64,000 nucleotides of DNA from Candidatus Moraniibacteriota bacterium (GTDB lineage Bacteria; Patescibacteriota; Minisyncoccia; Moranbacterales; UBA2206): assembly GCA_030679995.1 (NCBI GenBank), contig JAUXSK010000018.1, positions 41,828 to 105,827 on the forward strand. The letters are read 5' to 3'. The notes beneath the pieces were generated by a model, which had not been told where the DNA came from, did not search any database, and saw only the letters and a program-made list of their open reading frames with translations. The position numbers and the translations under genes were made by a program. This document shows, in pieces, positions 8,856 through 18,020 of this stretch; within the stretch, counting starts at the first letter, position 1; every line of letters begins with the position of its first letter.

Positions 8856-9821
8856 ATGTATAAAAAATTAACCGCCCTTCTTTTAGCCGTATTTTGTCTT
8901 GCGCCGACCTTGGTGCTCGCAGGCGCCTTCGATTACAGGCCGATGGAAATGATTCCCGGCTTTGAAGCTGAAACCGTCGGCAATTTCTACACCTATATCG
9001 GAGCGGTCTATAAATTCGGCCTATGGACCGTAGGGATTTGCGCGATGTTTATGATCGGCATCGGCGGCTATATGTACATCATATCCGCCGGCAACAGTTC
9101 CAGTATGACCAAAGCAAAGGGAGTGATTATCGACGCTATCGCCGGTTTGATCCTGGCGCTGGTTTCCTTTCTGATCCTATACGAAATCAATCCTAATTTA
9201 GTCAAATTAGGCGGCAACGACATCGGCGGCAATACCGCTTTGACTGAAAAGATTATCACCTCAAAAACATTAACCAAGGGCTGTGAAAACTACGCCAATG
9301 ATTTTGAATCCGCTTCCGGAGGCGATAAAAACCTGAAATGCCTACTTATCGGCATCGCCAATGCGGAAAGCAATTGCAATCCTAGTGCGATCAGTAAACA
9401 TAACGCCTGCGGAATGATGCAAATCTTACCGGCAACTGCCGGGCAATCCTGTGAGGAACTGTTATCCAATCCGTCCGCCAGCATCCAAAAAGCCGCTTCG
9501 ATCATCGCTTCCTCCCGCAACAGTATTCCGTCATCTTCCGGCTTTTCACTGGGAACAAGTTATGCCCTCGCTAAAACTACGGTAAGCTATGGCGATTATA
9601 CCTATGACACCGGCAATGACGACTTGATCGCCGCTTATAACGCCGGCTCCGGAAAAATTGCCGCTACGCCGGGCAAAGCCGGTCCATTCGTAGTTTCAAC
9701 GGACTGCCCGAGCCCGACCACTCCCGCCTGGCAATGCCATATCAATCCGGGCGGATTTTCCGAAACCCAAAAATATGTTATGCGCGTCCAATCGTTCCAA
9801 GCGGCTTGCTTGGCTAAATAA
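8856..9821 (+). CDS. VirB2/TrbC-like pilin fused to a lytic transglycosylase (SLT) domain
   Basis: Pilin: GGYMYIISAGN...KAKGVIIDAIAGLILAL...INPNLV; SLT: IANAES, GMMQI, AAYNAG, ETQKYV. Confidence 0.85.
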   Translation: MYKKLTALLLAVFCLAPTLVLAGAFDYRPMEMIPGFEAETVGNFYTYIGAVYKFGLWTVGICAMFMIGIGGYMYIISAGNSSSMTKAKGVIIDAIAGLILALVSFLILYEINPNLVKLGGNDIGGNTALTEKIITSKTLTKGCENYANDFESASGGDKNLKCLLIGIANAESNCNPSAISKHNACGMMQILPATAGQSCEELLSNPSASIQKAASIIASSRNSIPSSSGFSLGTSYALAKTTVSYGDYTYDTGNDDLIAAYNAGSGKIAATPGKAGPFVVSTDCPSPTTPAWQCHINPGGFSETQKYVMRVQSFQAACLAK

Positions 9822-9836
9822 CCATCTTTCTATTTT

Positions 9837-10973
9837 ATGATCCTATCTAAAAAAATTTTTATATTTTCCTCAATCGCCCTAGTTATTGTCTTGATTCTCT
9901 GGGGAATCTACAGCCTGTCTTTTCGTAAGATTCCGGAACAGCTTGCCACCTTGAAAAGTCCAAGCCCATCATTATCGACGGCGTCCAAAAATGTTGCCGC
10001 AATTGAACCGCTCACCGATGAGGCTGTTTTATCACCCGCGCTTTCCCCGGACGGCGCATCCATCAGATATTATTCAAAAACCAATGGCAAGGCGTATGTA
10101 ATCAACCTTGCTGACCGCGATAAACGGGCTATTTCCGAGAAAGAATTGATCGGTTTATCCGACATAATCTGGTCGCCGGACAGATCCAAGGTTATTTCCG
10201 AGTTTTCAACCGCGACCGGCCGCTCCAAATTCTTTCTGTATGACTACGCACAAAACAAAGGCACGCAACTAAAAGACAATCTCGACACCGTCGTCTGGCA
10301 AAACAATGAAAAAATATTTTATAAATATTTCGACGCGAAAACCCAGACAAGAACCCTCAACTTCGCCAATCCGGACGGATCAAGCTGGCAGAAAATAACC
10401 GATTTGGCGATGAAGGATTTGCTTATCGCACCCATTCCGCGGACCAGTCTGGTTTCATTTTGGAACAAACCGGATGCTTTCACGGAAACCCTGATGCAAT
10501 CCTCGCCGGTTCTGGGCGGAGAAAGAAAAAACATTGTCAAAGGAAAATATGGAGCCGATTATCTCTGGAGCCAGGACGGCAATTCGCTTCTCGTGGGCAG
10601 TGTTGATGCCAAAGGCGGTTCAAAGCTGCAACTGGGCGTAACCAACAGCCTGGGCGGCGAATACCGGAATCTTGGCATTCCGACCCTTGTTTCTAAATGC
10701 ACCTGGTCAAAAAACAACAAAGCCATTTATTATGCTTTGCCTGGAGCGATTCCAACCGAAGCGATCTTGCCTAATGATTACTTAACCGACAAATTCCGTA
10801 CCAATGACACCTTTTGGAAAATCGATGTCGCTACGGGAGAAAAATCCCGCTTGGTAGATTTGGAAAACATAACTGCCGCCTATGATGCCGCCGACTTATT
10901 CCTGGATCCGGATGAAAGCCTGTTGTTTTTCACCAACAAGATCGATGGCAAGCTATATAAAATCACTCTCTGA
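9837..10973 (+). CDS. Membrane-anchored beta-propeller (TolB/WD40-like) protein
   Basis: N-terminal TM; repeated LSPDG, WSPD, WSQDG, WSKN. Confidence 0.75.
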   Translation: MILSKKIFIFSSIALVIVLILWGIYSLSFRKIPEQLATLKSPSPSLSTASKNVAAIEPLTDEAVLSPALSPDGASIRYYSKTNGKAYVINLADRDKRAISEKELIGLSDIIWSPDRSKVISEFSTATGRSKFFLYDYAQNKGTQLKDNLDTVVWQNNEKIFYKYFDAKTQTRTLNFANPDGSSWQKITDLAMKDLLIAPIPRTSLVSFWNKPDAFTETLMQSSPVLGGERKNIVKGKYGADYLWSQDGNSLLVGSVDAKGGSKLQLGVTNSLGGEYRNLGIPTLVSKCTWSKNNKAIYYALPGAIPTEAILPNDYLTDKFRTNDTFWKIDVATGEKSRLVDLENITAAYDAADLFLDPDESLLFFTNKIDGKLYKITL

Positions 10974-12167
10974 CTACTTTATGCGCAATGTTGTCTTCCG
11001 CTCCGAGCTAGGCTCGGAGCTTTTTTTAATCCCAACAAAAAAACTCAGCCAAAACAAGACCGCCAAATCGTTCTTAAAATAAGTGGTATCAAAAATACCG
11101 TGCACCAATATGTAGATTATGATTGCGGCAGCTCCCCAATCAACCTCTTTTTTCCAACTGCCTGATAAATCCCTGAACCAGAGGACTAATATTGCCAAAA
11201 AGCCCACTAAGCCGGCTAGTCCGGCCTGCAACCAGAACGCCAAAAACAAATTGTGCGGCTGCGGCACCGCCCATTCCAGATAAGGCGGAAAATATTTTTG
11301 ATATTCCAAATATTTGTCCTGGAAATTTCCCGGACCGATGCCTAAAAAAGCGTTATCAACAATCATTTTTCCAGCTGAATTCCAAATCATCATACGCGAA
11401 GCCAAGGAAGATCGATCCTCCAATCGCACCAGACCATCAAATTTACTGGTGCCTATTTGGAAAAATATAATTATCCCCGCAACCAATCCCAGAAACAACG
11501 CGCTTTTCCATTTTTTCCAACCGTTTTCATTTAAAAAAACCAAACCGCCAGCCGCGACAAAAACCGCCAGCCAAGCGGCATATGAAAATGTCAGATATAA
11601 CGCGCTCAAAATAATCGGCAAGGAAATCGCGTAGAATGCTTTCCTTTTAGCGAAAAATGCGCCGCCTATGATAATAGCTGGCGCTAAAAACATCGCCAAA
11701 TAATTCGGGGAATTATAAAACGCTTTAAGTCTGCCGTCATATGTCATTTCACCCAGAAAAAAATAGACCAGCGCTACGCTCGCGACCAGCAAGGCCGAAA
11801 TATAAGTCGCTTCCAAAACAGCCCCGCTCTTTTCCCGCCGAGTCGCTTCAAGTGCGACAAAAGCGAAAACCATCGGAATGATAAACCAGCTTTTTATTAT
11901 ACCTAATCCGACCAAGACAGAGCCACCAAAAAGCGTTCCAAGCGCGAGTCCACCCATAATCATTACAATGGGTATGAAATATTTTTCATATCCTCTGAGC
12001 GCGATTTTGAAGGTCCTGCGCTCAATCACAAACCAGATCACCGCGACGGATGCCATCAATTCAAACATATTCGTAGGCACGCCTAGAAAAGAAATTTTCC
12101 ATAGGTACGCCGGCATCGCGACGATGGCCCAATAAATAAAATTTTCCAAGCTAAATGTTTTTTTCAT
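10974..12167 (-). CDS. O-antigen ligase family protein
   Basis: RLKAFYNSPNYLA, GIGPGNF, QPHNLFL; multiple TMs. Confidence 0.88.
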   Translation of the reverse strand: MKKTFSLENFIYWAIVAMPAYLWKISFLGVPTNMFELMASVAVIWFVIERRTFKIALRGYEKYFIPIVMIMGGLALGTLFGGSVLVGLGIIKSWFIIPMVFAFVALEATRREKSGAVLEATYISALLVASVALVYFFLGEMTYDGRLKAFYNSPNYLAMFLAPAIIIGGAFFAKRKAFYAISLPIILSALYLTFSYAAWLAVFVAAGGLVFLNENGWKKWKSALFLGLVAGIIIFFQIGTSKFDGLVRLEDRSSLASRMMIWNSAGKMIVDNAFLGIGPGNFQDKYLEYQKYFPPYLEWAVPQPHNLFLAFWLQAGLAGLVGFLAILVLWFRDLSGSWKKEVDWGAAAIIIYILVHGIFDTTYFKNDLAVLFWLSFFVGIKKSSEPSSERKTTLRIK

Positions 12168-13419
12168 CTGACAATTCTAAATTATTCCAACTTATGATAA
12201 TCAAGAAAAGGGCCAGGACTACCGGAGAATATATGGCGGTTTCCACTAGGGAATGCGCCGCAAAAATAACCAAACTGGCCAGACTGAAAAAAAACAAGCT
12301 TTCTTTTTTGCTTTTTTCCCAAAATCCGCGAAAAGTTGCCACTAAAATCCCTATCCACACCAGCGCGTTCAAGATTCCGGTTTCTACGGCTATATCCAAA
12401 TATGTATTGTGCGCGTATATCGGATCCCTATAGGTGGCAGTCGGCTTCACCTCCAGGGGATAATTACCTATGCCAACACCTGCCAACGGATTTTCCCTTA
12501 TCACATCCGTAGCTTTATACCACATTGCCAGTCGGCCCTGATTGGAACCCTCTTTGAGATCGAAACTTGAAATAAATCTTTGCGAGACCGGAGAAGGAAT
12601 CGCCACGACCGCCAGACCCAAGCCCAAAATCACCCCGACTGCGATTTTGGAGGGCCTATTTATCCTCCGCCAAGATAAAATTCCCATAAATACTAATCCG
12701 GCAGCCAAACCTAGATAGCCTCCGCGTGAAAAAGTCAGGATATCCGCCAAAAAAATCACACTAAAAGCGCTAATTGCAAGCCATCTCCGCCTTTTTTGCC
12801 TCAGTATCAACCCAAGAGCTAACGGAACCAACAAACCCAGATAAAAAGAAAACATATGCGGATCAGGGAAGAGCGAAGTCGCCCGCAAATAAGTTTGTCC
12901 GGCAATTCCAACGAGCCAACTGGGATTTTCCAGAACGGCCGCTCCGAAACTTTTGCCCAAAAAGGGCACTGTCATATGTTCAGCCCAAAAAACGTAGATC
13001 GCCTCCAGACCGAATACGAATTGCGCGACAAATTGGACCAGACCGATTAGCGCTATAACCGCCCCACTCAAAACCATCGCGTCCGCGATTCCAAGCAGTC
13101 TTTTTTTATTGGAAATCACTTGGCCGGCCACGAAATAGATTGGGAAGATTGAAAATAAAAAAAGCAATTTGCGCACCGACCAATCGGTGTTTTTAGCCGC
13201 GACAAGCGAAAAAATATTCAAAAACAAGAAGGAAGCCACCAGCCAGGACTGTACGCTGTTTTTTATCACGATATTTTTACTCTTCAATCCTTGTGCCAAC
13301 CAAACAGCGAAAAAGACCAGGATAAAAATCCGGATGGATGCTAGATCGACACCGGCCATCGGATTGATAGCCAGCTGGAAAGGGAGATATAAAACCAGCA
13401 GAACGAGAAAATTATACAT
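12151..13419 (-). CDS. O-antigen ligase family protein
   Basis: RATSLFPDPH, TFSRGG, GVGIGNY, AHNTYLD. Confidence 0.9.
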   Translation of the reverse strand: MYNFLVLLVLYLPFQLAINPMAGVDLASIRIFILVFFAVWLAQGLKSKNIVIKNSVQSWLVASFLFLNIFSLVAAKNTDWSVRKLLFLFSIFPIYFVAGQVISNKKRLLGIADAMVLSGAVIALIGLVQFVAQFVFGLEAIYVFWAEHMTVPFLGKSFGAAVLENPSWLVGIAGQTYLRATSLFPDPHMFSFYLGLLVPLALGLILRQKRRRWLAISAFSVIFLADILTFSRGGYLGLAAGLVFMGILSWRRINRPSKIAVGVILGLGLAVVAIPSPVSQRFISSFDLKEGSNQGRLAMWYKATDVIRENPLAGVGIGNYPLEVKPTATYRDPIYAHNTYLDIAVETGILNALVWIGILVATFRGFWEKSKKESLFFFSLASLVIFAAHSLVETAIYSPVVLALFLIIISWNNLELSDEKNI

Positions 13420-13517
13420 CTTCTATGGAATTTTTCTTAAAAATCAAACTATTTGGATTTGCAAATCCTCTGTCATCAAAAACGCCGCGATCCGACTTGA
13501 AACCAAGCCGGACTTAT

Positions 13518-14381
13518 TTAGAATTTTACATTCTTAAAGTCCCGATATGCCCGCTGGATGACCAAGGCTGTTCCGTTTTTATTGAATTTTACATCCAGCC
13601 AATTTCCAATTTTTTTTGCTCCGACATAGCCGATTATCCAAGGCTTCATCCAAGTTTTTATATTTTTTTTAAAAAATACCAATCCGGAAATGACTGTCCA
13701 ATAAGCTTCATTCTCCGCGCATTTCCTATTTTTTTTAAGATGATAAATCCAGCTAGCCGAAACCATCACACTCCTAAAACCCGCTTTTCCAGCTCTGAAA
13801 CTTAAATCCACATCCCCCCAGCAGAGAAAAAAGTCCTCGTCAAACAACCCGACTTTTTTAAACACTCCCGCCTTCACCAGCATACCGCGGCCGGTTATGA
13901 ATTCCGATTCGTAAAAATCCTCCGTTTGGATTTTTTTTGCATATTCAAGGCCCATCTCAAACCAATTGATTTTTCCGCCCGAAAAACAAACGCTCGCAGC
14001 ATCGCCTTCAAAAATGATGGGACTGAGCAAGCCTATTTTTTCATCATGCCCAGCCACCTCGATAAGCCGGATCAAACAATCCTTATCGACTTCCGTAGCG
14101 CTATCCAATAGCAATACGTATTCCGCCATCCGCTCAAGGGAAAAACGGATTCCGATATTATTTCCGGCCGCACAACCGAGATTTTCCGCATTTTTAATGA
14201 AATTGGCCTTGGAAAAATTGGTTTTCGCCAATTCCAATGACCCGTCATTAGAATCATTGTCAACAAAAACGACCTCAAAATTCGGATAATTCAACTTGAA
14301 TACGCTCGTCAAACATTTTTGCACCGTCGCCTTGCTATTGTGGTTCAATATTACGATAAAAACCTTAGGATAATTCATCAT
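13518..14381 (-). CDS. Glycosyltransferase family 2
   Basis: VDNDSNDGS, ENLG.AAGNNIG, GLFDEDFF; several catalytic-region motifs look divergent (LLDSAT, WGDVD). Confidence 0.85.
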   Translation of the reverse strand: MMNYPKVFIVILNHNSKATVQKCLTSVFKLNYPNFEVVFVDNDSNDGSLELAKTNFSKANFIKNAENLGCAAGNNIGIRFSLERMAEYVLLLDSATEVDKDCLIRLIEVAGHDEKIGLLSPIIFEGDAASVCFSGGKINWFEMGLEYAKKIQTEDFYESEFITGRGMLVKAGVFKKVGLFDEDFFLCWGDVDLSFRAGKAGFRSVMVSASWIYHLKKNRKCAENEAYWTVISGLVFFKKNIKTWMKPWIIGYVGAKKIGNWLDVKFNKNGTALVIQRAYRDFKNVKF

Positions 14382-15807
14382 ATTCTTGCACGCCTTTTTT
14401 ACTGATTAGACTGGTTATTTCGGACAAGCTGATCGTCTTGAAAATCCACAGTGACACGAAATAGACCGCGGAGCTTGCTATGGCCAAGATGAAAAAATTC
14501 AGTCCCGTCATCAATCGGAGACCGATCGCCATCAATCCTCCGGAAAAAACAACGCCTGAGAACTTTTCCATCCGCGGCACGTACTTCAGTTTCCTGGCGA
14601 CCAGCCCGGCCGTCAATACCACGACCGTGAATTCAGTGATCACAGAAATGCAAGCAGCGGCCATATATGAGAATTCCGGGATAAAAATAAGGTTTAGCCC
14701 CACATTGAGCAGCGCAGCCAAGCCCAGCATCCACATAAGTTTTTTTTGCAGATTACCCACAATCAACACCGTATTGAAAAATTGGCCGAAAAAAATAAAT
14801 GCCAGCGCAAAAACCAGGATCCGCAAGACCACGCCCGCCTCTGCGAATCCGGCCCCGCCAATCAATCTAATCACATCATCCGCCAGGAACAATGTGCCGA
14901 TGACCAGCGGCACGACCAATATCACGAAGACTTTGAACGTCTTATCGGCCACATCGACAAACCGGCCACGGTTCGCAAAAATACTATGTGCCATTATCGG
15001 CATAACCAAGCCAGCGATCATACCTGGGAAAAAAGTGATATTCTCCAAAACCTTATACGCGGCATTGTAAATCCCCACATCCGCGCTACTTTTCAAAACT
15101 GAGAGTAAAATGGTGTCCATCTTAAAATATACGAAGGTTACGATAGCGGCAATGCCCATCGGCGCCGATTCCTTCAAAAACGATTTCCAATAATCAAAGT
15201 CGAATCGCAAACGGATCCGCACATATTTCTTGGCCAAAAAATAGATGATGCCGAAATTGACCATCATATTCAAAAGCAAGGCGGAAATTATCCAGTTGAA
15301 GCCTAAATTGGCTCGCACCACCAATATGATCGTCACGACCTGCACGGCTTTGCCGGCCAATTCTCCGACCGCCACCCTGTCCATCGCCAGATTTTTTTGG
15401 AATACGCCGTTCAAGATCTGATAACCAGAAGAAAAAATGAATGAAGCGGCGGCGATCACTATCCCGATCTTGACATCGGCAGAATACGAAAAAAACCAAA
15501 CCACCAAAGGAGAAATGCCAAAAACAGCCACACTGGAAATCAGTCGGATAGAAAATATATTGCCTAAAATCCGCTCTTCATCCGCCCCCTCCCGAGAAAT
15601 TTCCCGCGTAGCGATATGATATAGGCCCAAATCAGAAATTGCCGCGAAAAAAGATAAAAACGCCAACACAGTGGCGTAATTTCCAAACCCTTCTTTACCA
15701 AGATATCTTGTGATAAAACCGATAGCAACCAAAGCAAGCGCCGTAGACAGCACTTTAGAAACGCTGCTCACAAAAACATTGTAAGCTATTTTTCTAGCAA
15801 CAGCCAT
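14365..15807 (-). CDS. Wzx-type polysaccharide flippase
   Basis: ITRYLGKEGFGNY, D..LLS...VGIYNAAYK; start taken at MAVARK because the longer ORF runs through a repeat. Confidence 0.9.
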   Translation of the reverse strand: MAVARKIAYNVFVSSVSKVLSTALALVAIGFITRYLGKEGFGNYATVLAFLSFFAAISDLGLYHIATREISREGADEERILGNIFSIRLISSVAVFGISPLVVWFFSYSADVKIGIVIAAASFIFSSGYQILNGVFQKNLAMDRVAVGELAGKAVQVVTIILVVRANLGFNWIISALLLNMMVNFGIIYFLAKKYVRIRLRFDFDYWKSFLKESAPMGIAAIVTFVYFKMDTILLSVLKSSADVGIYNAAYKVLENITFFPGMIAGLVMPIMAHSIFANRGRFVDVADKTFKVFVILVVPLVIGTLFLADDVIRLIGGAGFAEAGVVLRILVFALAFIFFGQFFNTVLIVGNLQKKLMWMLGLAALLNVGLNLIFIPEFSYMAAACISVITEFTVVVLTAGLVARKLKYVPRMEKFSGVVFSGGLMAIGLRLMTGLNFFILAIASSAVYFVSLWIFKTISLSEITSLISKKGVQEYDELS

Positions 15808-15812
15808 GTGCG

Positions 15813-15885
15813 AAATTTCAAATTTTAATTTAAAATCCCAATCTCGATTGAAATTTTTCTTAAAATATGAGTAATTTATGATTTT
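15813..15885. repeat. Degenerate AT-rich heptamer/palindromic element
   Basis: AAATTTCAAATTTTAATTTAAAATCCCAAT resembles the left arm at 38161-38197. Confidence 0.5.
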
Positions 15886-16381
15886 AAACTGTTTCCGCCG
15901 GCTTGATAACGACTTTCCTGTCATCTCCCTCACCGATGCTTTCGGTTATGACATCGGCATTTTTTGAAAGTTCCATATGCACCAGCCTGCGCTCATAGGG
16001 AGACATCGGACGGAGAACGATCGCTCTTTTTTCTTGGACCGCCTGCTGGGCCGTATTTTTCGCCAGCGTTACGATTGAAAAGCTCTTTTCTTTGCGATAA
16101 AAATTGACGTCCACTATGAAATGGATCCGTTCATCCGTCTTTTTCCGGATTAAAATCCTCGCTATATGCTGCAACGACTGGAGATTGACGCCATACTGCC
16201 CGATTAAAAAATTCGATTCTTCCGTTTTTATATTACAAATTATATTCTCCCTGACTATGCCGTCTTCCCCCTCTTCGGTTTCATGCGACATCTCTATTTC
16301 ACAAGAAAATCCCATCTTATCCAATAGCTCCGCCACAGATGACTTGATTATCTCATCCAGATTGCCCGGTTGTTTTTCCAT
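15884..16381 (-). CDS. jag: Jag/KhpB RNA-binding protein (KH + R3H, no N-terminal Jag domain)
   Basis: LIGQYGVNLQSLQ, PMSPYERRLVH, TESIGEG; next to yidC. Confidence 0.92.
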   Translation of the reverse strand: MEKQPGNLDEIIKSSVAELLDKMGFSCEIEMSHETEEGEDGIVRENIICNIKTEESNFLIGQYGVNLQSLQHIARILIRKKTDERIHFIVDVNFYRKEKSFSIVTLAKNTAQQAVQEKRAIVLRPMSPYERRLVHMELSKNADVITESIGEGDDRKVVIKPAETV

Positions 16382-16403
16382 ATATTTAAATTTATCTATT
16401 AGC

Positions 16404-17174
16404 TTATTTTGCCACGATAACAGCCACGGACGTCTCCTTTTTCTCCATATATCGCTGCTGCAAAATCATAAATACCGTTGAAACCAACCAATAGAGCGCC
16501 AGCCCGGCCGGGAATTTGATTCCGATAAAAAGCGTCAGCAACGGCCCAAGAAACAACATCTGTTTTGTCATCATCTCAGAAAAATCAGGCTCGCCCTGGA
16601 CTGCCGCCTTTATAGGCTGTTTGGCCATCATCATCTTCGTCTGTATGAATTGAGCTCCGGCAGCCAAGATGACCAACAGAATGTGCGGCAAGCTGCCTAA
16701 AGTGAGCCGGCTGAATTCGATAGCGGAGGCCAAATCCACGATGCCGACGAACATTTTATTGATTTGTCCCGGATTGGCGATGAAAGAGTATAATTCAGCC
16801 TGATTGATAATAAGCCCGGCTTGGGAAATATTGAACAAAACCCGGTAAATAGCGATTAAAAAAACCAATTGGGCTATCATCGGCAAGCACCCGGAGAATG
16901 GATTAGAGCCGCTTTCCTTGTATAATTCCATCATAGCCCGGCTTTGCTTTTCTTTGTCATTTTTATATTTACCCTGGATCGCCTTTATCTTAGGCTGCAA
17001 TTCTTGCATTTTTTTCTGCGATTCGATCTGCTTCTTGCTTAGCGGAAACAGCAAAAATTTAATCAATACCGTCAAAATGATGATAGCTACGCCAAAATCA
17101 GGAATTATATTGTAAATAAAAATCAGCAGGTTATAAATCGGATAATAAACGAATGTATCGAATAAAAATGACAT
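16404..17174 (-). CDS. yidC: Membrane protein insertase YidC
   Basis: FGVAIIILT, MQELQPKI, NPFSGCLP, PAGLALYW. Confidence 0.96.
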   Translation of the reverse strand: MSFLFDTFVYYPIYNLLIFIYNIIPDFGVAIIILTVLIKFLLFPLSKKQIESQKKMQELQPKIKAIQGKYKNDKEKQSRAMMELYKESGSNPFSGCLPMIAQLVFLIAIYRVLFNISQAGLIINQAELYSFIANPGQINKMFVGIVDLASAIEFSRLTLGSLPHILLVILAAGAQFIQTKMMMAKQPIKAAVQGEPDFSEMMTKQMLFLGPLLTLFIGIKFPAGLALYWLVSTVFMILQQRYMEKKETSVAVIVAK

Positions 17175-17554
17175 TATTTTGTTTTTATTGAAGACTTGTC
17201 TTCTTTTATATTTGTTAGCAATTGTCCCAGCGCCAAAACCTCCATTATATTCTTCTTGAAATCGATGCTTCTGGTTTTTTCTTCTTCCCGCTTACGCGCC
17301 ATAATGACTATATCCAAGCCTTTTTTGATGTTTTTCAGTTCAGGCTGGATAATTCCCCGGATTTCTTTCTTAACCTGATTCCTTTCAATCGCTTTTTTTG
17401 AATATTTAAGACCCACCACTATCCCTATCCGCGTGTCCCGCGTGCCATTTTCCATAATTTTAATGGCAATATTCTTTGCAGAAACAAAAATCCCGAATTT
17501 CTGGACCTTTTCGTGATCTTTTTTTCTGGTTAGCCGGTTTTTGAATGGGAGCAT
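17174..17554 (-). CDS. rnpA: Ribonuclease P protein component
   Basis: MLP..NRL, RIGIVVGLKYSKKAIERNQVKK; synteny. Confidence 0.93.
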   Translation of the reverse strand: MLPFKNRLTRKKDHEKVQKFGIFVSAKNIAIKIMENGTRDTRIGIVVGLKYSKKAIERNQVKKEIRGIIQPELKNIKKGLDIVIMARKREEEKTRSIDFKKNIMEVLALGQLLTNIKEDKSSIKTK

Positions 17555-17573
17555 TTTGAGAATCTTAGGCTAA

Positions 17574-17711
17574 TTAAGCCGTCGTAAGCCGTTTTCTGCC
17601 CTTAGTCCTTCTTCTTTTCAATACGGCTTGCCCGGTGGCGGTTTCATTTCTCTTGCGAAAACCATGCCTGTTTTTTCTTCTTGTGCTGGATGGTTGGTAT
17701 GTCTGGCTCAT
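17574..17711 (-). CDS. rpmH: 50S ribosomal protein L34 (below ORF-track cutoff)
   Basis: Hand translation [45 protein letters not shown]. Confidence 0.97.
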   Translation of the reverse strand: MSQTYQPSSTRRKNRHGFRKRNETATGQAVLKRRRTKGRKRLTTA

Positions 17712-18020
17712 AAGATTAGATTTTATATATATTATCCTTTAATTAGTCGCTATTGACTGATTCCAAGTTTATCAACTATCCCAGTTAAAGTCAACCTAAT
17801 AGCCCTTTTGCCAAGCATCAACCGATCCGATTACAGAGGCATCCGAAAAGCGCAGGCCCTTGATTTATTTATAATTTCATAATATACAGTAGTTAGGGTT
17901 TTTTTAGGACTTGCCAACAGCTTATCAACAGACTTATCCCCACTCTTTCCTTAGACATTCGATTTTCAGCGTGATATACTTCAGTTTACACAATTCTTAT
18001 TCTTAATCTTAACCTTCCAT
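17712..18020. promoter_or_regulatory. rpmH-dnaA intergenic region with DnaA-box-like sites
   Basis: TTATCAACA 17922-17930 and TTATCCCCA 17934-17942 (one mismatch each to TTATCCACA); TGATATACT extended -10 near 17972-17980. Confidence 0.7.

Noticed and set aside
15808-15933. N-terminal extension of the flippase in the ORF track (likewise ruvB 38151-38195, DHH 44207-44356, murE 58032-58238)
   Set aside because: Extensions run through repeats, promoters or neighbouring genes; family similarity begins at the downstream starts
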